From the NCBI GenBank assembly GCA_963674755.2, contig CAXXVS010000002.1, positions 256,001-320,000 of the forward strand: a stretch of 64,000 nucleotides of DNA, given 5' to 3'. Origin of the DNA: Desulfobacterales bacterium (GTDB taxonomy: Bacteria > Desulfobacterota > Desulfobacteria > Desulfobacterales > UBA5852). Of this stretch, positions 58,746 through 64,000 are shown piece by piece; positions within the stretch are counted from its first letter, which is position 1; the number at the start of each line of letters is the position of its first letter. The translations under genes and the position numbers were made by a program. The notes below the pieces were generated by a model. The model saw only the letters and a list, made by a program, of their open reading frames with translations, was not told the DNA's origin and did no database searches.

Positions 58746-60182
58746 TTAAATCTGTTTGCGTTTGTTGGAAGGCAGGACACCAAGGATCTCACGGTATTTG
58801 GCGACCGTTCGACGCGCGATATTGATATTCGCCTCCTTTAGCAGTTTGGCAATTTTATCGTCGCTATACGGTTTGCGCGGGTTTTCGTTGGCAATGATAT
58901 CTTTGATTTTTTGCTGTACGCTGGCCGAAGCGATCTCGCCGCCGTGACTTTTCCGGATCGAACTGTTGAAGAAGTATTTAAGTTCAAAGAGGCCTTGCGG
59001 GGTATAGGCATACTTGTTGGTGGTGACCCGTGAAATGGTCGATTCATGCATTTCGATATCCTGGGCCACGTCCCTGAGCACCATGGGCCTAAGGTGGGCG
59101 ATACCCATTTCGAAAAAGGGGCGCTGATATCGCAAGATGCTTTCCATGACCTTGTAGATCGTTTTTTGCCGCTGGTGAATACTCTTGATGAGCCAAGCGG
59201 CCGAACGCATTTTATCCTGGATGAAACTCTCCGCGTCTCCGGGCAGTTTTTCTCCTTTGGATAAGGACTTTTTATAGAGCGAATTGACTCTCAGTTTGGG
59301 CATGCCGTCATCGTTGAGCACAACCACAAAGTCGTTATCCACTTTATAGACATAAATATCCGGAACGATATACTGCGGCGTTTCATCGCTGAATTGCCGG
59401 CCCGGACGGGGTTCGAGGCTGCGGATGATGTTGACGGCCGCCAGGACATCGTCATATTTTACTTTGAGGGCCCGGCTGATGGCTTTATAATTTTTATTTT
59501 CGAGATGATTGAGATGGTGGTTGACAATCGCGATTACCAGAGGACTGTCGATGCCCAGATGACGGGCCTGGATCTGCAGACATTCGCTGAGGTTGCGCGC
59601 TGCGATGCCGATCGGGTCGAACGTGTGCATCAGAGCTAAGATGTTTTCAACATGCTCGACGGAGACTTGGGCCGTGGCAGCGATATTGTCCACGGATACG
59701 TCCAGATACCCATCTTTGTTGAGGTTGCCGATGATCAGGCTGCCGATTTCACGGTCCTGATCACCCGGCAGACTCATGGCCAACTGCCAGATGAGGTGGT
59801 CGTAAAGCGATTCTTTTTTGGAGACGAACGCTTCGTAACGCGGGGCGTCGCGATTTTCCGACTCGTAGCTGGTGCGCCCCACCGAGTTGTATTCATCCAG
59901 GTAGTTGCTCCAGTCGATATCGTCGGAGATCTTTTCTTCGACCGTGACTTCCTTTGCCGCCGGCTCGCCTTCATACGTGTTTTCCGCCGCCGCTTCTTCT
60001 GTCCGCTCTTCAGGAAGCGTCTCCTGGATCTCTTCCAGGGCGGGATTTTCCTCCAGCTCCTGGTTGATGGTTTCCATAAGCTCCAGCCGCGATAATTGAA
60101 GGAGTTTAATCGCCATCTGGAGCTGTGGCGTCATGATGAGTTGCTGGGTGAGCTTCAGCTGCTGTCTGAGTTCGAGTGCCAT
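58746..60182 (-). CDS. rpoN: RNA polymerase sigma-54 factor
   Basis: LQMAIKLLQLS, MHESTISR, ARRTVAKYR RpoN box. Confidence 0.97.
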   Translation of the reverse strand: MALELRQQLKLTQQLIMTPQLQMAIKLLQLSRLELMETINQELEENPALEEIQETLPEERTEEAAAENTYEGEPAAKEVTVEEKISDDIDWSNYLDEYNSVGRTSYESENRDAPRYEAFVSKKESLYDHLIWQLAMSLPGDQDREIGSLIIGNLNKDGYLDVSVDNIAATAQVSVEHVENILALMHTFDPIGIAARNLSECLQIQARHLGIDSPLVIAIVNHHLNHLENKNYKAISRALKVKYDDVLAAVNIIRSLEPRPGRQFSDETPQYIVPDIYVYKVDNDFVVVLNDDGMPKLRVNSLYKKSLSKGEKLPGDAESFIQDKMRSAAWLIKSIHQRQKTIYKVMESILRYQRPFFEMGIAHLRPMVLRDVAQDIEMHESTISRVTTNKYAYTPQGLFELKYFFNSSIRKSHGGEIASASVQQKIKDIIANENPRKPYSDDKIAKLLKEANINIARRTVAKYREILGVLPSNKRKQI

Positions 60183-60183
60183 A

Positions 60184-60906
60184 CTATAAGCGGAATTCGT
60201 CCCCCAAATAAATTTTGCGCGCCGTTTTACTATCGATAATCTTGGCCGGCGGTCCGGATTCGATCACCTGGCCGTTGTTGAGAATATAGGCGCGATCGCA
60301 AACTCCCAAGGTTTCTCTGACATTGTGATCTGATATTAAAACACCAATATCGCGATCCCGCAAGTGTTTGATAATATTTTTAATGTCAATAACAGCCAAC
60401 GGGTCGATCCCGGCGAACGGTTCATCCAGCAGGATGAAGGCCGGGTTGGTCGCCAGGGTGCGTGAAATTTCCAGGCGTCGTTTTTCGCCGCCCGAAAGGA
60501 CAGCGGCTCTTTGGCGTGCCAGACGGGCGATTCCGAGTTCCTCCAACAGCATATCCGCACGCTGGTTCATTTCACGCCGTTTCAGGGGAAGGGTTTCTAA
60601 AATGACCATGAGGTTGTCGCGCACGGTCAATTTGCGAAAAACCGACGTTTCCTGAGGGAGATATCCGATTCCCTTACGGGCCCGGATATACATGGGATCC
60701 AGGGTGACGTCCTCTTCATCAATACGCACCGTCCCCCCATCCGGCGTTACCATTCCCACTGTGAGATAGAAGGTGGTGGTTTTGCCCGCCCCGTTGGGGC
60801 CCAGCAGGCCCACCACCACGCCACTCTCTACGGACATACTTACATCGTTAACGACTTTTCGTCCACTGTAGTTTTTTTTCAGATTTTCGATCGCCAGTAT
60901 GGCCAT
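60184..60906 (-). CDS. lptB: LPS export ABC transporter ATPase
   Basis: GPNGAGKTT, YLPQE.SVFR, LSGGE, LLDEPFAGIDP. Confidence 0.95.
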   Translation of the reverse strand: MAILAIENLKKNYSGRKVVNDVSMSVESGVVVGLLGPNGAGKTTTFYLTVGMVTPDGGTVRIDEEDVTLDPMYIRARKGIGYLPQETSVFRKLTVRDNLMVILETLPLKRREMNQRADMLLEELGIARLARQRAAVLSGGEKRRLEISRTLATNPAFILLDEPFAGIDPLAVIDIKNIIKHLRDRDIGVLISDHNVRETLGVCDRAYILNNGQVIESGPPAKIIDSKTARKIYLGDEFRL

Positions 60907-60966
60907 AGTGTCGCTTCTAACACCCAAATCGCGGCGGACCGCTTGCGCAACGTTGCATGGCTAGCC

Positions 60967-61551
60967 TCATTTAGAGGTACTGTCGTTGCCGGGGAAAATA
61001 TCCACCTCTACGCGGCCGGGGCGGTCTCCCTCAACAGTAATACTGTCCTGGGTCCTGTAAAGGGTGATCTTGGAGCCGCGAATCGTGTTTTTCCCGTCAA
61101 TGATCGTTGCATTTTCACCCATCAGCGTCAGGGTTCCCTTTTCCGCCGAATAGAGTGCCCGTGCGGATTTGGCCGTCCGACCGTCAAAAAGGATGACAAC
61201 GTGGCCTTCGGCCTCGATGTCGCGAATGCGCGAGGCACCATCCGGGGATGCCCCCTGACCGCCGCCGTTATTTTTGTACCAGACCTTGAGGCGTTCGGAA
61301 GTAATCTCCGTCGATCCCTGGATCACTTTCACGTTTCCCTTGAACAGAAAAGTTTGGTTGCGGTTGTCTACCTCCAGCGTATCGGAGGTGATCTTGATCG
61401 GCTCTTTGTTGTCCAAGGGGGTTGTCAGCGGACGCTCCTGGGCCGGGGAGGTTCCCGTGAGCAGCATTACCAGAAGGAAGGCCCCCGGCAGCAAGGCATA
61501 GCGTGCAACGCGTCTAAAAAAGTGGTGTGTCGTATCCACGTAAAACCCCAT
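60967..61551 (-). CDS. lptA: LPS transport periplasmic protein LptA/OstA
   Basis: PIKITSD.LE...F.GNVKVIQG...IEAEGHV; upstream of lptB. Confidence 0.85.
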   Translation of the reverse strand: MGFYVDTTHHFFRRVARYALLPGAFLLVMLLTGTSPAQERPLTTPLDNKEPIKITSDTLEVDNRNQTFLFKGNVKVIQGSTEITSERLKVWYKNNGGGQGASPDGASRIRDIEAEGHVVILFDGRTAKSARALYSAEKGTLTLMGENATIIDGKNTIRGSKITLYRTQDSITVEGDRPGRVEVDIFPGNDSTSK

Positions 61552-62092
61552 TTACGGCGCCCTGCAGCAGGGCGGTTTCCGATGCGAGATCGACCGACAT
61601 TCGGTCGGCGTGCAATTCGATGCCCCGCCCGGTGATCGTCACCGGCACGGGAATGTCGATTTTCCGGTGGCCGTTGTCGTACCGAATTTCCTGGGTCGCG
61701 AGTTTGTAATCGGCTTCCTCGACCGTGACGTCACCGGAAATCGTAATATTATTCGTATCGGTCTTGAGACGACCCTCTCGACCTTTTACCACTGCTTCCC
61801 GGTTGTTTTCCAGAAAGAAAATGACCCGCACATCGTTAAAGAGGGCCTCTTTGGTGTCGTCGCGGTAGTTGGCGGAGGCGGCCTCCAAACTCCATTCCTT
61901 GCGACCGTCCTTAACGGAGGTGTGCCGGATTTGGCCGATGGCGATATCCGTCCCCTCAGGGATGGCTTCCACCAGTTTGGCCGGATTGTCCGAAAACTCC
62001 CGGTACTTTATGAAAACGGTGACCAGCAAGCCGAACATCAAGACAATGCCGATCACGAGAATTCTGATCAATGTCCGTTTGGTAAACAACAT
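61514..62092 (-). CDS. lptC: LPS export protein LptC
   Basis: N-terminal TM, G.KEW.LEA..A, beta-jellyroll-like pattern; synteny with lptAB. Confidence 0.8.
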   Translation of the reverse strand: MLFTKRTLIRILVIGIVLMFGLLVTVFIKYREFSDNPAKLVEAIPEGTDIAIGQIRHTSVKDGRKEWSLEAASANYRDDTKEALFNDVRVIFFLENNREAVVKGREGRLKTDTNNITISGDVTVEEADYKLATQEIRYDNGHRKIDIPVPVTITGRGIELHADRMSVDLASETALLQGAVNGVLRGYDTPLF

Positions 62093-62417
62093 AACCCCGT
62101 TACGGCCCGGTCGATGGTCGCGGTGGCATCGGGATGCGCACGCATGGTCGAGAAACGGCAGGGGGCGCTTCCAAGCCGCAGTCCTTAATATCATATTCCC
62201 GCAGGGAAGGGGGGCCAGGGTTTCGATGGCACCGGATGATGGCTTACCCGAGCAATTTTCCCGTGGCGCACAACCCCCTGCGGGGGGCCGAAAAGCAGTC
62301 GAGGCTCATTTAGCGCGGGGTTCGGCAAAAGTCAAGAATCGAAACTTTGCCTTGATTATCGATACGTTACCTGTTAGCCTTACGCCTTGATTTTAACCCT
62401 CAAAGAGTGAGAACGAC

Positions 62418-63812
62418 GTGAAATCGAAACGGAAATTCACATTGCGCTGGGCGCTTTTGGCGCTGCTCCTGGTGCCGGTGATTGTATTGGGATTTGTTCT
62501 GATGGTGCGGTTGGAAGGCCATGCCCCACAAGTGACGCATAACATGACAACCCCGTTTGTGGGGGCGCCGCGGGAAATTCTCCTGGATATTGCGGAGCGG
62601 GGCAGCGGCTTGCAAAGCATTCAGGTGTTCGTTTCACAGAATGGACGCGAAACCCTGCTGGAGGATGTCCACTTCAAGGGGTCCATGCTATGGGCCGGCA
62701 GCGGGGTGACCTCCCATCATCTTGCCTTCATCCTCGACCCCCGGGCGTTGTCCCTTAAGGAGGGGGATGCCCAGATGCGCATCGAAGTCCGTGATTTTTC
62801 TTGGCGCAACTGGTGGCACGGCAATCTGACGGTGGAAGACCTGCCGCTGGTGGTCGACACCCAGGCCCCCCAAATCGAAGTGCTCAGCCGGTTGCATTAT
62901 GTCAACCAGGGCGGCAGCGGGGTCGTGGTCTACCGGTTATCGGAGACTTGCCCCACCCACGGGATCATGGTGGGGGACCACTTTTACCCGGGGTCTCCGG
63001 CTGGCGGCAAGGATCCCCAACGGATGATCGCTTTTTTTGCGGTGCCCTACGATCAGGGGACAGGTACACCCGTTCGTGCAACGGCGACCGATCTGGCGGG
63101 CAATCAGACCCAGATGGGGTTCCATTGTCGCATCCGCGGCAAATCCTTTCGACAGGATGTTCTCAACATCTCCGCCGACTTCATCCGGGATAAAATGCTG
63201 CCGCTCCTGGTGGCCGAGGGAGGAGGGGACGCCAACGAAACCGATCTGCAAAAAATCTTTTTGGCCGTTAATCGCACCATGCGGCAGGCCAACTACGAAA
63301 CCCTGACCCGGCTGGGGCGCCAGTCCGTACCCGAACGGATGTGGGAAGGAAGGTTTATGCGCCTGCCCAAAGCAGCCAATCGGGCCCAGTTTGCGGATCA
63401 CCGCGTTTACCGGTTCAACGGCGCCGAGATCGATCGCCAGGTGCATCTGGGGGCCGATTTGGCCTCCATCGAGCAGGCGCCGGTTCCGGCCGCCAACAAC
63501 GGACGGGTGGTGTTCGCGGATAAGGTGGGAATTTACGGCAACACGGTCGTTCTCGATCACGGCTTGGGGTTGTTCAGTCTTTACTCCCATCTGAGTTCCA
63601 TCGCTGTGAAAGCGGGGGACCAGGTGAAGAAGGGCGCCATCATCGCCCACACCGGTGCTACCGGCCTGGCGGCCGGGGATCACCTGCATTTCGGCATGAT
63701 GGTCCACGACACCTTCGTCAATCCGGTCGAATGGTGGGATGATCACTGGATCAAGGACAATATCCTCGCCAAATTAAAGCTGGCAGGAGATGCCGGCGGA
63801 GAGCAAAACTAG
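62418..63812 (+). CDS. M23 family metallopeptidase
   Basis: HLGAD, YGNTVVLDHG, YSHL, G.TG.A.GDHLHF. Confidence 0.92.
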   Translation: MKSKRKFTLRWALLALLLVPVIVLGFVLMVRLEGHAPQVTHNMTTPFVGAPREILLDIAERGSGLQSIQVFVSQNGRETLLEDVHFKGSMLWAGSGVTSHHLAFILDPRALSLKEGDAQMRIEVRDFSWRNWWHGNLTVEDLPLVVDTQAPQIEVLSRLHYVNQGGSGVVVYRLSETCPTHGIMVGDHFYPGSPAGGKDPQRMIAFFAVPYDQGTGTPVRATATDLAGNQTQMGFHCRIRGKSFRQDVLNISADFIRDKMLPLLVAEGGGDANETDLQKIFLAVNRTMRQANYETLTRLGRQSVPERMWEGRFMRLPKAANRAQFADHRVYRFNGAEIDRQVHLGADLASIEQAPVPAANNGRVVFADKVGIYGNTVVLDHGLGLFSLYSHLSSIAVKAGDQVKKGAIIAHTGATGLAAGDHLHFGMMVHDTFVNPVEWWDDHWIKDNILAKLKLAGDAGGEQN

Positions 63813-64000
63813 GGCGGCCCTGGCGGCTGACGCCCATCCGGATCACAACGCCGCCGCGCTTTTCTGCCGCGGGAAAGCACAAGGCGGATACGAGGAGCGT
63901 TGGCCGTGGATATTTTATTTAGTGCCTATCCAGAGATGGCATCTTTTGGCCCCTGGCCCGCCGCCGGTGGACCAAATCCACCTTTGGCAGACAAGCTGGC

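Overview
Chromosomal window from a GC-rich anaerobe, most likely Desulfobacterota (inferred from long N-terminally extended HflX, rpoN-hpf-ptsN-rapZ-gap-tpiA-secG order, PEP-CTERM proteins and GEMM riboswitches). Core genes flank it: suhB-hflX-dnaB-rplI-rpsR-rpsF on the left, and tRNA-Leu(GAG)-secG-tpiA-gap-rimI-PTS-rapZ-ptsN-hpf-rpoN-lptBAC plus an M23 peptidase on the right. About 48 kb of accessory DNA lies between, in three blocks. (1) 5.9-16 kb: a PadR-led catabolic operon around a glycyl radical enzyme, with no activase in the window. (2) 16.3-30.3 kb: a defence island (HD hydrolase, Wadjet jetABCD with a frameshifted jetC, HipA/XRE, MNT with a deleted HEPN, AbiE). Wadjet sits directly behind a GEMM-I riboswitch with the 3',3'-cGAMP-type A20 signature and a terminator. 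(3) 30,678-53,182: a ~22.5 kb element integrated in tRNA-Leu (55-bp direct repeats, tyrosine integrase, excisionase, helicase-like ATPase) with no recognisable capsid or relaxase genes. It carries a TubC_N-DNA methyltransferase-DUF1848 fusion, Shedu, ArdC with many tiny Zn-finger/acidic ORFs, two long rod-shaped hairpin repeats, PEP-CTERM cargo, and triple 9-mer repeat sites that bracket the cargo blocks. All family assignments come from motif recognition by eye; no database searches were run.
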